Below, piece after piece: positions 34,954 through 44,133 of a stretch of DNA of 64,000 bases (positions are counted from its first letter, which is position 1; each line of letters begins with the position of its first letter). The DNA is taken from UHGV virus genome UHGV-0090252; one strand, written 5' to 3'. Made by a program: the position numbers and the translations under genes. The notes beneath the pieces are model-generated. The model was not told the origin of the DNA, ran no database searches, and saw only the letters and a program-made list of their open reading frames with translations. Origin of the DNA: a virus.

Positions 34954-36735
34954 TTAAAGCTGCTTGTCAATATTGTTTCGAATATCACCAAGAGTTGTGT
35001 AACCGAACTGCTCAGAGTCACTAAAGACTAAACGTAAAGCACAAGCTGGATGTTCAAGTGCATCTGCAAAGCTCTGGAATCCATAGCCATCTACAGCTTT
35101 CAACTTATCACCATCCCACATAGGTGCTACACCACCAAAAGCAGACTTCTTAACACCACTATCTGTTTTAGGGTCTTTTGCAAGCATAATCTCTTTACCA
35201 CCAATGCTTGCAAGAGTTGCTTTAACAGCAAATGCAAAGGTGTCACGAGTCATGTACTGGTAAGTGTAAGAGCCTACGCCAAACACTACGTTAGAGCTTG
35301 CAAAACCCATTTCATACAGACGCTTCAGTATTTCGTTTGCACGTTCCAGCGTGATAGAGTCGCCATAGATAAGACCGATATGCTCATCCAGTACCTTAAA
35401 CCCTTTAGAGTTGATAGTCCCACCAAAGATGTTGTACAGTGTCTTAATAGCTCCATCAATTTCAGCTACAGGACGTGTTACAACGTTTGCAGAGCCGTTG
35501 ATGTAAGCATCTTTCAGCAACACTGTATCGGCTACTTCAAAGTCTTCTCTGTCAACCACCATTTCATAGCCTTCTGCACGTAACCACCCAGCCATAACAT
35601 AGTTAATATCTTCAAGCTTCATGTTCAGGACGGTGCTCAACATTGTGTCACTGGCATTCTGCTTGATAAGGTGCTCGTAATAAGCCTTCTTAGCACACTC
35701 TAAGTGGATTGCTTTATAACCTGTGACAATATGTACAGGGTCTCCAGAGTCAGGGCGAATTACCAGCTTACCATCACGTTCCATAATTTCTTTACGAAGT
35801 GCTGGTAAGATTTCTGACACAGTTCTCCAGAAGTTATAAGTATCTGAAACAATACTTGCAATACCAGTTGGGTAAGTTTCTGTTAAGAAACGACGGAAGG
35901 TTTGTAACTCACCGTTAAAGCGTCTTTCCTCTTCAATCAATTCATTACCACCTTCCCAAGCGATGTTTGCACACATCACAGAGTGTTCAGTAGCTGGTAC
36001 AGAACTACCAATGTCAGAGATTGGGTAAGACTGTCCATAGATACGTTTAGCTGTGTATACAGCAGGGAAGCTATCAGTCCCTTTAAAGCTGGTTAAGTGA
36101 CCTACAGCGTTAAATGCGTCATCAGTAAAGCCGGACATACCACGCATAGCAAAGTCATGGCACTGATAAGGTAAATGTAAGTCATTGTCGCAAGTAAGGT
36201 CAGCCAACTTCTTACAGATGCGTTTGTAATGTAATGCAATAGTTGCAATGGTGCAAGCCTTCCAAATCTCAGCAGAGAAAGCATCTTCCAGATACCCTGC
36301 TACCCAATGGAAACCTGAAACAGTGTTCTGGAAGACAATCATTGGGACACGCATAGGAACAACTGTACCTTCTTCTACAGCGTATACTTCAACTGGTAGA
36401 TAGCCTAAGTCGTGAAGTGCTTCCCAATGCTCTCGACCGATAGCATCTTTACCCAGAACACCATTCATGACTTCTAAGATTTCATCAATTGCTTCTTTCT
36501 TATCACGTTCAAAGAAAGTGGCGTTCCAGTGGTCTATCAAGTAATCTTTAACAAAACGTTGAATACCAAAAGCCACTACACCGTCAATTGCTAAAGGACT
36601 GTTAAACCATTTATCACTACGTGGTGTCAGGTTGAACATCAAGTATTCTGTTGCACTAGGGTACTGGTAAACATGACCAGATTTGTAAGCATCTGCGTTT
36701 AAACCTGCTGGTACTGCATAAAGTGATTTAGTCAT
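34954..36735 (-). CDS. nicotinamide phosphoribosyltransferase family protein (NAMPT/NadV-like; candidate Namat of NARP1)
   Basis: 593 aa; N-terminal ADAYKSGH substrate-binding motif and overall NAMPT-like sequence; longer than the ~490 aa I expect for NadV; immediately downstream of a Prs-fold gene. Confidence 0.75.
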   Translation of the reverse strand: MTKSLYAVPAGLNADAYKSGHVYQYPSATEYLMFNLTPRSDKWFNSPLAIDGVVAFGIQRFVKDYLIDHWNATFFERDKKEAIDEILEVMNGVLGKDAIGREHWEALHDLGYLPVEVYAVEEGTVVPMRVPMIVFQNTVSGFHWVAGYLEDAFSAEIWKACTIATIALHYKRICKKLADLTCDNDLHLPYQCHDFAMRGMSGFTDDAFNAVGHLTSFKGTDSFPAVYTAKRIYGQSYPISDIGSSVPATEHSVMCANIAWEGGNELIEEERRFNGELQTFRRFLTETYPTGIASIVSDTYNFWRTVSEILPALRKEIMERDGKLVIRPDSGDPVHIVTGYKAIHLECAKKAYYEHLIKQNASDTMLSTVLNMKLEDINYVMAGWLRAEGYEMVVDREDFEVADTVLLKDAYINGSANVVTRPVAEIDGAIKTLYNIFGGTINSKGFKVLDEHIGLIYGDSITLERANEILKRLYEMGFASSNVVFGVGSYTYQYMTRDTFAFAVKATLASIGGKEIMLAKDPKTDSGVKKSAFGGVAPMWDGDKLKAVDGYGFQSFADALEHPACALRLVFSDSEQFGYTTLGDIRNNIDKQL

Positions 36736-36780
36736 CTTTTAATCTCTCTCAAAATGGGGCTTTCAAGCCCCTATAAAGTT

Positions 36781-37662
36781 TCAATCAATGGTTGCTACAG
36801 TAACTTGGGCGTAATGTGTTAAGCCACGGTCTTTAGCTTCACCTAAAGTGTTTGTAGTGTAGATATGGTCAATACCATTGTCAAGTAAGTTTTCAACACC
36901 TTTAGAGAAAATACCATGAGTTACATAGAGTTCCACACGTTTTGCACCTGCTTCACGTAGGTGTTTAGCTGCCTCTACGAAGGTTCGACCACCATCACAG
37001 ATATCATCAAGAATCATGACAGTTTTATCGGTCAAATCAACATCGTCAAGGATTCGCATACCAGTGATTTCTCCAGTCTTAAGATTGCGCACCTTAGACA
37101 TTGTGATATACGGTTTATCCACCTCTTTAGCGGTATCTTCAGTCTTCTTAGCTGCACCTGCATCTGGGGCTACCAAGAAATCAATGCGTGGGTCACTTGC
37201 AAAGTGTACTGCCACATCTTTTTGCTTCATGCTCTGAAAGCACTTAAATAAGTTTTCTGCAACATTACTGTGAGGGTCAAGAGCACATACTGCATCAAAG
37301 CCCATTGCATTAACTAGGTTGGCAAAGACTTTCAGTGCTGCTGCATCACCTTTGAACATGTGGCGGTCATATCGAGCATTTGGTAAGAACCCGAAAACAA
37401 CGGTTTTCATCGCTGATTTCTGGGGAACAAGACTGTCAACGGCATCCTTAGCCAAAGCTAATGCAAACAGTGTATCCTTGTCATATCCCTGTACAGTAAT
37501 TATAACATTATCAATCTTACCAGCATTACGCTCAGTAAACTTAACAAAATCTTCAGAGAAGTTTCCACCAATTTCTCCAGATGGGAATTGAATGATATTA
37601 AATTTTTCTGTGTGGAAGAATTTCTCTTGTGCGGTGACGACGGCTTCAATAACAGTTTTCAT
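36781..37662 (-). CDS. ribose-phosphate pyrophosphokinase (PRPP synthetase) fold protein (candidate Adps of NARP1)
   Basis: 293 aa; ILDDICDGGRTF matches the PRPP-binding loop DDxxDTGGT; adjacent and co-oriented with the NAMPT-like gene. Confidence 0.7.
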   Translation of the reverse strand: MKTVIEAVVTAQEKFFHTEKFNIIQFPSGEIGGNFSEDFVKFTERNAGKIDNVIITVQGYDKDTLFALALAKDAVDSLVPQKSAMKTVVFGFLPNARYDRHMFKGDAAALKVFANLVNAMGFDAVCALDPHSNVAENLFKCFQSMKQKDVAVHFASDPRIDFLVAPDAGAAKKTEDTAKEVDKPYITMSKVRNLKTGEITGMRILDDVDLTDKTVMILDDICDGGRTFVEAAKHLREAGAKRVELYVTHGIFSKGVENLLDNGIDHIYTTNTLGEAKDRGLTHYAQVTVATID

Positions 37663-37673
37663 AGTTTTCTCTC

Positions 37674-37952
37674 TCAGTCAAAAGTTACGTTTGTTACTGC
37701 CATTGCAGATTTGCATTTTGCAGGGTCTACAACGTGATAAAGTACACTACAGTTACCTGTGCTGTCTGGTACAGGCTTTACCCATTGCTGCTTTATAGTT
37801 GGCTCCCCTAAGTCTTTGTAAGAGCCATCTGTAAAGTTGTTTACCATCTCAAGTGCAATTGGTTCTGGAACATGGCCACGTATCATGTACATTTCACAAC
37901 CATTACCGCCTTCACTGACTAATGGTAAAATCTCCCACTTCTCTTTAGCCAT
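37674..37952 (-). CDS. hypothetical protein (92 aa)
   Basis: ORF in minus-strand run. Confidence 0.45.
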   Translation of the reverse strand: MAKEKWEILPLVSEGGNGCEMYMIRGHVPEPIALEMVNNFTDGSYKDLGEPTIKQQWVKPVPDSTGNCSVLYHVVDPAKCKSAMAVTNVTFD

Positions 37953-38460
37953 TATAAGTTGCCCTATAAACTGTCTCGAACTTCAACAGGAGAGATATTG
38001 CCAAATCTGTATAGTTGTTGTCAAGCACATCTGGCATATTATTTTTGATATATTTCTCTTGCTCTTCATAGGTCATCTTAGGTGTGCTTAGAAGGTTGTC
38101 CCCTTGCTTCTGGTTATCAAGTTTAGTCTGGATAAACCAGTTTGCACAGTGATGCTCACCACCCTTTGTAACAGGTTTGTGGTGGCCTAATGTAAATGTT
38201 TGCTTACCTGTATACCTGCAAAGATTGTTCAGTGTTGCAATAGTGTTCTTCACAACACACCATTCATACAGGTTATCTATTGTGTAGTGTGGGTAATAAC
38301 GGACAAGTACTCTTTCACGGAAGTTATCACGATTCCAAAGAACCATGTGATTCGAGTTAGAAGGGTCGTATTGGTGGGAGTCAATGAACTCTTGACGTTC
38401 CTCAAAGCTGAGTCTTAGAACTGACATTGCAGCCGAACGTTTCAGGTTTGACAGATACAT
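37945..38460 (-). CDS. hypothetical protein, possible HNH-type endonuclease
   Basis: 171 aa; GHHKPVTKGGEHHCANW resembles an HNH core but lacks the usual Cys pairs. Confidence 0.35.
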   Translation of the reverse strand: MYLSNLKRSAAMSVLRLSFEERQEFIDSHQYDPSNSNHMVLWNRDNFRERVLVRYYPHYTIDNLYEWCVVKNTIATLNNLCRYTGKQTFTLGHHKPVTKGGEHHCANWFIQTKLDNQKQGDNLLSTPKMTYEEQEKYIKNNMPDVLDNNYTDLAISLLLKFETVYRATYNG

Positions 38461-38474
38461 ATCATCTCCAAAAT

Positions 38475-38498
38475 AAAAAGGGAACCTTTACAGTTCCC
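38475..38498 (-). terminator. rho-independent terminator
   Basis: GGGAAC-CTTTACA-GTTCCC hairpin with A-run on plus strand to the left. Confidence 0.6.
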
Positions 38499-38511
38499 TT
38501 ATAGTATCTGT

Positions 38512-38832
38512 TTACTGAACTACTTTCAAGATGCTTGTGAATGAAATCTCACTCTCATCCATAAACTCTTTTGCTTCTCCAGTAACTTTTACAAAGTTAT
38601 CTAGGCAGATAATCTTCTTATCTTTCTTGCTATAGGTTAGCTTGACCTTTTCGATATCTTTCTTAGAGTTTTTCTCTTCATTAAAGAGCTTCACAGCTTC
38701 TTTAAATGGTAGGTATGAGCCATCATCATCGCTAATAAAACCTGTACCACAATAGTAGAAGTTGTATTCTTTAGCCATAAACTGACACAGTACGAAAATC
38801 TGTAATTTGCGAGTGTTATAGATTTTGCTCAT
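38512..38832 (-). CDS. hypothetical protein (106 aa)
   Basis: ORF followed by terminator. Confidence 0.45.
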   Translation of the reverse strand: MSKIYNTRKLQIFVLCQFMAKEYNFYYCGTGFISDDDGSYLPFKEAVKLFNEEKNSKKDIEKVKLTYSKKDKKIICLDNFVKVTGEAKEFMDESEISFTSILKVVQ

Positions 38833-38834
38833 GA

Positions 38835-39092
38835 TTATTTAGCCTTCTTATTACGTTTACGGTTACGAGCTTTCTTAGCTGCTCGTTTAATAGCTGCTGC
38901 ACCAGACGGACGATGGGCTTGTTTCTTACCACCTTTGCCACGGCCTACATAGATACTTTTCATAATCTCATTAGCCAGCTTCTCATCCATCTTGAAGTTC
39001 TGCATAAGATGAGTCACATCAACTCCAGTGAGCATACCTAATGAAGCTAGTGCTGCTTTTACTTTTGATTTAAAACTATTCCAGATTCCCAT
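38835..39092 (-). CDS. hypothetical protein with basic C-terminal tail (85 aa)
   Basis: ORF in minus-strand run. Confidence 0.4.
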   Translation of the reverse strand: MGIWNSFKSKVKAALASLGMLTGVDVTHLMQNFKMDEKLANEIMKSIYVGRGKGGKKQAHRPSGAAAIKRAAKKARNRKRNKKAK

Positions 39093-39361
39093 TTCGTATC
39101 TCTCTCAATCTTTTCACAAAATGTTTTAAGTTCTTCTTCAGTGACACCAACAATACTGTCTCCGACGTTTAAATTTGTTTTGTAGAACATTGTGTAGTGA
39201 CCTTTACCGACAACTTCAAATGTTCCAGCCTTCTCAATCTCTGCTAAGGCTTCCATTCCAACATTACCGAAAAGTGAGTTTGTATACTTTCTCCATTCAT
39301 CAAGGAGTTCGGTCTTAACTTTGTAAGTACCTAATAAAGCACTGTTAAAAGAAAGAACCAT
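39059..39361 (-). CDS. hypothetical protein
   Basis: ORF track 39059-39517 trimmed to internal ATG (MVLSFNS) because the upstream part overlaps nrdG. Confidence 0.3.
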   Translation of the reverse strand: MVLSFNSALLGTYKVKTELLDEWRKYTNSLFGNVGMEALAEIEKAGTFEVVGKGHYTMFYKTNLNVGDSIVGVTEEELKTFCEKIERDTKWESGIVLNQK

Positions 39362-39398
39362 TATTTCACCTTTTCCGTAACCCACTTTACGACGAGAC

Positions 39399-39884
39399 TT
39401 ACTCGGCTCTCCACTGACAATCACCTTGCCACCCATACTCTTTTCTCCATAGGTTTTGGTTATCAGAACCACGATATGGCTTAACTGTTGGTTTAGATGA
39501 ATCATACTTACCATCAATCACCACGTCAACATATTTCATCACATCTAGGTGAATTTTTTCGTGTAGTTGAAAACCTGTCCAGAGCCATATAGTCTTCTCT
39601 GGGTAAACAGTTTTAACACGTTTGCATATGTCGGTAACCTCTTGAATATTTCTATCATCCAGAGGTTCTCCACCAAGTATTGACAGCCCACTGACAGCAT
39701 CGTCACCCATTAACTGGATGATTCCGTATAGGTTTGCATAAGTGAACACTTTACCAGCATTAAACTTCCAAGACTCCCTGTTAAAACAGCCTTCACAGTG
39801 ATGTTTACAGCCAGCTACGAAGAGGCTTACACGAACCCCTTCACCATTAGCTGTATCAAATGGTCGAATCTCCATGTAATTCAT
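39399..39884 (-). CDS. nrdG: anaerobic ribonucleotide reductase activating protein (radical SAM)
   Basis: 161 aa; CKHHCEGC radical-SAM cluster motif near N-terminus. Confidence 0.8.
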   Translation of the reverse strand: MNYMEIRPFDTANGEGVRVSLFVAGCKHHCEGCFNRESWKFNAGKVFTYANLYGIIQLMGDDAVSGLSILGGEPLDDRNIQEVTDICKRVKTVYPEKTIWLWTGFQLHEKIHLDVMKYVDVVIDGKYDSSKPTVKPYRGSDNQNLWRKEYGWQGDCQWRAE

Positions 39885-39893
39885 CTAGTTACC

Positions 39894-40193
39894 TCACCAA
39901 TACATATAAGTGCTCTGAGCAGCTTTCTTTGGAGACTTGCTATCAATGTCAAAGTCTTCATCTAAGTAGGATGTCTTAGAAAGCTGCCTTATTTGTGTTC
40001 TTGTAAGACGTTTAGTAGCCTTCTTAATCTCTCTACAAGGCTGGCTTGTGAAGTCGTAAGAGCCACCTTTTCTAGACATCATATCAGAGTGGTAGTAGAC
40101 CTCTGAAGCATTTTCTCTGTTACGTACCTCATTTCTCCACTCATAAAGTCCATGAACGTTCTTTAAACCTTTTCTTCGAATTGTTTTACTCAT
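39894..40193 (-). CDS. hypothetical protein (99 aa)
   Basis: ORF in minus-strand run. Confidence 0.45.
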   Translation of the reverse strand: MSKTIRRKGLKNVHGLYEWRNEVRNRENASEVYYHSDMMSRKGGSYDFTSQPCREIKKATKRLTRTQIRQLSKTSYLDEDFDIDSKSPKKAAQSTYMYW

Positions 40194-40585
40194 TCAAATA
40201 CCACCTGACAAGGAACCTGTTTAGTAATAAATTCTTCACAGTGCTCTTTAATGAAGTTTTGTAATGGTACACAATCTTGTGCGCAAGTCATTAGCATAAT
40301 GTACTCTGGGTTCATGATGTTTTCAAGGGTGTAGAAGACAACATCATCAGACAGCTCGTGACCATCTTCTTCAGACCAAGTTCCAGAGACTACAGCTAGT
40401 TTATCAAGTAATTCATTAGGTAATACTACACCATCTTCTACAGAATCACTTAGAACATTGTCACCAATATACAATGTGAAGGTTGTATGGAATGTTGAGT
40501 ATCTTACGTGATTCTTTTCGCAAGAGCCACACTCTGAGGCGTAATCTTTAATCCACTCTAACTGTTTTTGGTTCAACTTAATCAT
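40190..40585 (-). CDS. hypothetical protein (131 aa)
   Basis: ORF overlapping neighbours by 4 nt. Confidence 0.45.
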   Translation of the reverse strand: MIKLNQKQLEWIKDYASECGSCEKNHVRYSTFHTTFTLYIGDNVLSDSVEDGVVLPNELLDKLAVVSGTWSEEDGHELSDDVVFYTLENIMNPEYIMLMTCAQDCVPLQNFIKEHCEEFITKQVPCQVVFE

Positions 40586-40797
40586 AAACTCACCTTAGTT
40601 GGTAATGCACTGAATGCTATAGCTAACCCTAAAAATGGTTTGAAGCATGACCATAAATCCATCTTACCATGATATGAGAAATTCCATTGTGGGTCTGAAA
40701 AACCCCATACCATAACACTAACACCAAAGAAGAAGATTACTATGTGTAGTATGGGTGTCAATACCTTTAAGATTGTTGTCATTGTTAATTCCACCAT
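40582..40797 (-). CDS. hypothetical small membrane protein
   Basis: 71 aa, two hydrophobic segments. Confidence 0.4.
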   Translation of the reverse strand: MVELTMTTILKVLTPILHIVIFFFGVSVMVWGFSDPQWNFSYHGKMDLWSCFKPFLGLAIAFSALPTKVSL

Positions 40798-41171
40798 ATA
40801 GTTTTACCATTATCACATGTGTAAAGATACTCTACAGAAGTTTGTGGGACAAGTACAGTGGTGTTCCCACTAAGTACACTCACAAAGTAAGTAACCTCAC
40901 GATGTTGATGAGTTTTTACACAATTGTTTGCCTTCATCCGTATCACAGTTTTGTATGAATAGAACACCGCCAAGACACAAAGTGTAATAACTCCAACCAT
41001 CATGGCAAACTCAGGCAAAAAATCTGACTGTATGATGTCTCTAAATCGCATTATTCCAAGAATAAATAAGATTATCAGACATACAATCCCACAAACTGCT
41101 ACATAAAGCCACAAGTCCATAATGTAACTCCAAATAAAAAGGTGATGTAAGCCTATCAAGACCCACATCAC
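40785..41171 (-). CDS. hypothetical membrane protein
   Basis: 128 aa, several hydrophobic segments. Confidence 0.45.
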   Translation of the reverse strand: MMWVLIGLHHLFIWSYIMDLWLYVAVCGIVCLIILFILGIMRFRDIIQSDFLPEFAMMVGVITLCVLAVFYSYKTVIRMKANNCVKTHQHREVTYFVSVLSGNTTVLVPQTSVEYLYTCDNGKTIWWN

Positions 41172-41182
41172 ATTGTCAAGTT

Positions 41183-42130
41183 TTACATAGAAATCCTATC
41201 CTTAATTTCTGCCATCTTAGCGTCATTCATTCGAGACTGGCCTTTAATTTTTGTGAATGATAAGTATCCGCACACCCTGTTAATCACAGAGATATCATGT
41301 GAATGACAAACCTCACATTCTTCAACATCAACCTTTGGTCTGTTACCACAATGTTCACAGATTGATAAGTCAAAGTTAAGTCCCTGATAGAAACCTTTCA
41401 ACATCCCTCTTGTAATACAACTCTTAAGTGCTGATAAGTTTTCTGGGTTAGCCACTCTTACATACTGGATTCTGCCGCCTCTACAGATATGGAAGAAGGG
41501 TTCTTCTAAGTCCTGCTTCTCAAATGGTGTAATATCTGCTGCAACATTCATATGGAAACTGTTTGTAAAGTATTCCTTGTCAGAAACGCCTTTGATAACG
41601 CCAAACATATCTCTGAACTGTTTTAGCTGAGTTCCACAAAGTGATTCTGCTGGAGTGCCATAGACTGCATATAAGAAGCCATCTTCATTTTTAAACTCTT
41701 CAGTCTTCATGTTGATATATTCCAGAACATCATATGCAAAACTACAGCTTCCAACTTCATGAAGTCGTTTACCTTCAGCAAGAACAGATAGCTCATCAAG
41801 CGCAGTAACCCCAAAAGAAGCTGTGAAGGACTTCACGATATCCCAGCCAACCTTGTCAGTAGGTTTCTTATTCCCTTTGTACAGACCACCCTGTGTGAAT
41901 GCAAGAGGGTTAGAACTTGCTGGCATATTAGCAATCATTTCGTAACGTTTCTTGTGGAAGCTGCGAACCATTTCTAGGTACTTATCAAGCTCTTTCCAGA
42001 AATCTAAGCCATTTTCTTTAGAATACTGGTAAATCATTGGTAAGTTCAAAGATACAGCACCAATGTTAGCACGACCTACATAAAACTCTTCACCATATTC
42101 GTTATGGTATGGTGATAAAAATGCTCTACA
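41183..42130 (-). CDS. nrdD: anaerobic ribonucleoside-triphosphate reductase, exon 2 (glycyl-radical domain)
   Basis: frame open upstream of the tracked TTG to codon Cys at 42128-42130; contains NLP motif, glycyl-radical RVCGYL and C-terminal CxxC...CxxC; spliced junction gives ...VISPMG|CRAFLSP... Confidence 0.8.
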   Translation of the reverse strand, partial: CRAFLSPYHNEYGEEFYVGRANIGAVSLNLPMIYQYSKENGLDFWKELDKYLEMVRSFHKKRYEMIANMPASSNPLAFTQGGLYKGNKKPTDKVGWDIVKSFTASFGVTALDELSVLAEGKRLHEVGSCSFAYDVLEYINMKTEEFKNEDGFLYAVYGTPAESLCGTQLKQFRDMFGVIKGVSDKEYFTNSFHMNVAADITPFEKQDLEEPFFHICRGGRIQYVRVANPENLSALKSCITRGMLKGFYQGLNFDLSICEHCGNRPKVDVEECEVCHSHDISVINRVCGYLSFTKIKGQSRMNDAKMAEIKDRISM

Positions 42131-42446
42131 CTTATTGTTCAGGTAAGTTCGCTAAGCTTACCCCGCTTTATTCAAGCTGCTTACTGTCGCCAGTAAGTCC
42201 AGACTATATCTTCTACTTATTTCTAAGTAGCGTACCATTTCGAGTCGCTTGACCCTACACCGCTACATTCATCACGGTTAGTCGTTCGGCATTTAGATGT
42301 ATTCAAACTCATATTCGAAGTTATTTGGCATGTAAGACTCCTATGTTGTATAGTTTCTTACATCGTACATCATTTAGCACAGGATTGTCTACATCTGTAG
42401 AGTTTCCCTGTTTAGGCACGTTTTAGATGAGCTATAGAGCTTGTTA
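42131..42446 (-). mobile_element. group I self-splicing intron (316 nt, no internal ORF) in nrdD
   Basis: exon 1 ends in U, intron ends in G; minus-strand R-like element CGAACGACTAA and S-like element AAGATATAGTC form P7; 7-bp P9-like hairpin CTTACTG/CAGTAAG; spliced product about 714 aa. Confidence 0.8.
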
Positions 42447-43643
42447 ACCCATCGGGGAAATTACCTTACCAGAACGCTCAAAAGCCTCTGCTACAGCACC
42501 ATGTCCAGTTACACTTAAGAAATCTGGATACATAGCTTTAGAGCAACACTCAATAGCTTTTTCAAACAACCTTGCTTGGCATACATCAAGCTTATGTCTC
42601 GTTTCTTCATAGATATACACAAGTTTAGGGAACACAACAGGTTTTTTGCTTTTTCCTTGCCCGTTCATCCTTACGTTAAGGATTGTATTGGCAATCATAA
42701 ACTGAAGGCGGTTATCTTCATTGTGCATATCTGGTTCCAACAGACCAAATGTCAGAGTAGTAAATGCAAAATCACCGCGACTGCAAGGAACAGTGTTAAG
42801 TTTCATTTCAAGAGATTGGAAACCTTGTGTTAACTCATTCTGTAATTGCTCCATTACGTAATTATAGTGTTGCTCTTTAGGGATTCCGTACTCTTCAGCT
42901 TTCTTTGAGTGGTACACTAAAGACTTCTTAGCATACGGTACAAGTACCTTATCAATCTCTGCTAAAGTAAAGCCACCAAATTGCTGTGCAGTTGCTGAAA
43001 GAACTACATCACCAATAACCTGTAAGGCTGACAGCACAGACTTCGGTTCACAGTATTCAATGCCAGACATTTCAAAGCCACCTTTCAGCACTTTACCAAT
43101 GTCAAACAGGCAACAGTTGATACCACCAAAAATTAGGTCTCTTAAATCATGGATATAGATAAACCCTTTTTCAATGGCTTCAAGTTCCTCTGGTGTTAAA
43201 TGGTACTGTTTAAAGATTTCTTTAGTCAGGTAACCACGAATAATTGAGCCTTTTGTAGAAATTAAACTGCTGTCAAAGTTAGCATTCTCTCTGTCGCCTA
43301 AGAAGAGTGTATCTTTGGTCTTCTGGTAGAGTTCATCCCAATTTTGAGCAACTTCTTTACGGTAATTTCTATATGTTGAGTAAGACTCATAAATCTCGTG
43401 ATTGACTTCTGCCAAAGCACCCTCAACAATACTGTGAATATCATTTACTGAAATGAGTAAATTATTCTGCTTAGTGGATTTTACCAGAATCCTCATAAAT
43501 GCTGACTCAAGAGCTTGGGTAACATCTGGTGGTAGTTCTTTATACCCAACCCTATTAGCTGACTTAGTGACTGCTGCTAAAACTTTTTTGATATCTGGTT
43601 CTTCGAGTGAGCCGTTCTTTTTAATAATCTGTACTTTGTTCAT
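42447..43643 (-). CDS. nrdD: anaerobic ribonucleoside-triphosphate reductase, exon 1 (ATP-cone and N-terminal half)
   Basis: 399-aa ORF; the in-frame TAA that ends the track ORF lies at the start of the intron. Confidence 0.8.
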
Positions 43644-43662
43644 TATTGCCCCTTTATATGCT

Positions 43663-43683
43663 AAAAAGGTCTCCGAAGAGACC
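43663..43683 (-). terminator. rho-independent terminator
   Basis: GGTCTC-CGAA-GAGACC hairpin with AAAAA on plus strand to the left. Confidence 0.65.
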
Positions 43684-43691
43684 CTTTCATT

Positions 43692-43898
43692 TTAAATCTT
43701 TTTAGAAAACTTCGCAAAGAGTTCTCTTAGTTTTTCAGTGATACCTAACTGTGTCTCTAATATCTCAAAGATAACCCATAGTAACATGGCTCCAAACAAC
43801 AAACCTTGTTTAAAGTCAGTAAATAGGTTAGCAATAAGCATACCAATTACAATAACTGGTGCATCAATAACCAAACCTTCCCAAAGGCGTTTAAGCAT
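43692..43898 (-). CDS. hypothetical small membrane protein (68 aa)
   Basis: two hydrophobic segments. Confidence 0.4.
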   Translation of the reverse strand: MLKRLWEGLVIDAPVIVIGMLIANLFTDFKQGLLFGAMLLWVIFEILETQLGITEKLRELFAKFSKKI

Positions 43899-44133
43899 TA
43901 TTCACCTCTGCCATAAAATTCTGTAGCGTCCCAACAGGTTTTAGGTTTTGTCCATCAGTTTTCATGATGAATGGCATCTGACGAACTGGCATCTGTGCAA
44001 TATCCATTAGTTCTGATAGCTCATAATCCTGCCCTAACATCCTCACAACATGGTCAATACCGCGAGCTTTTGCAAAATTCTTTGCAGTCTCACACTGAGG
44101 GCATCCAGTTTTGGAGTAAATTACATAAGTCAT
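43891..44133 (-). CDS. glutaredoxin/NrdH-like redoxin
   Basis: 80 aa; GCPQC active-site motif near N-terminus, immediately downstream of nrdB. Confidence 0.65.
   Translation of the reverse strand: MTYVIYSKTGCPQCETAKNFAKARGIDHVVRMLGQDYELSELMDIAQMPVRQMPFIMKTDGQNLKPVGTLQNFMAEVNNA

Noticed and set aside
35050-35583. 177-aa plus-strand ORF inside the NAMPT-like gene
   Set aside because: Antisense shadow ORF; low-complexity Cys/Lys-rich translation and no RBS.
41183-43643. nrdD as a frameshifted or nonsense pseudogene, or two separate genes
   Set aside because: The intervening 316 nt has group I intron core elements and canonical U/G splice-site nucleotides, and splicing gives a full-length continuous NrdD.
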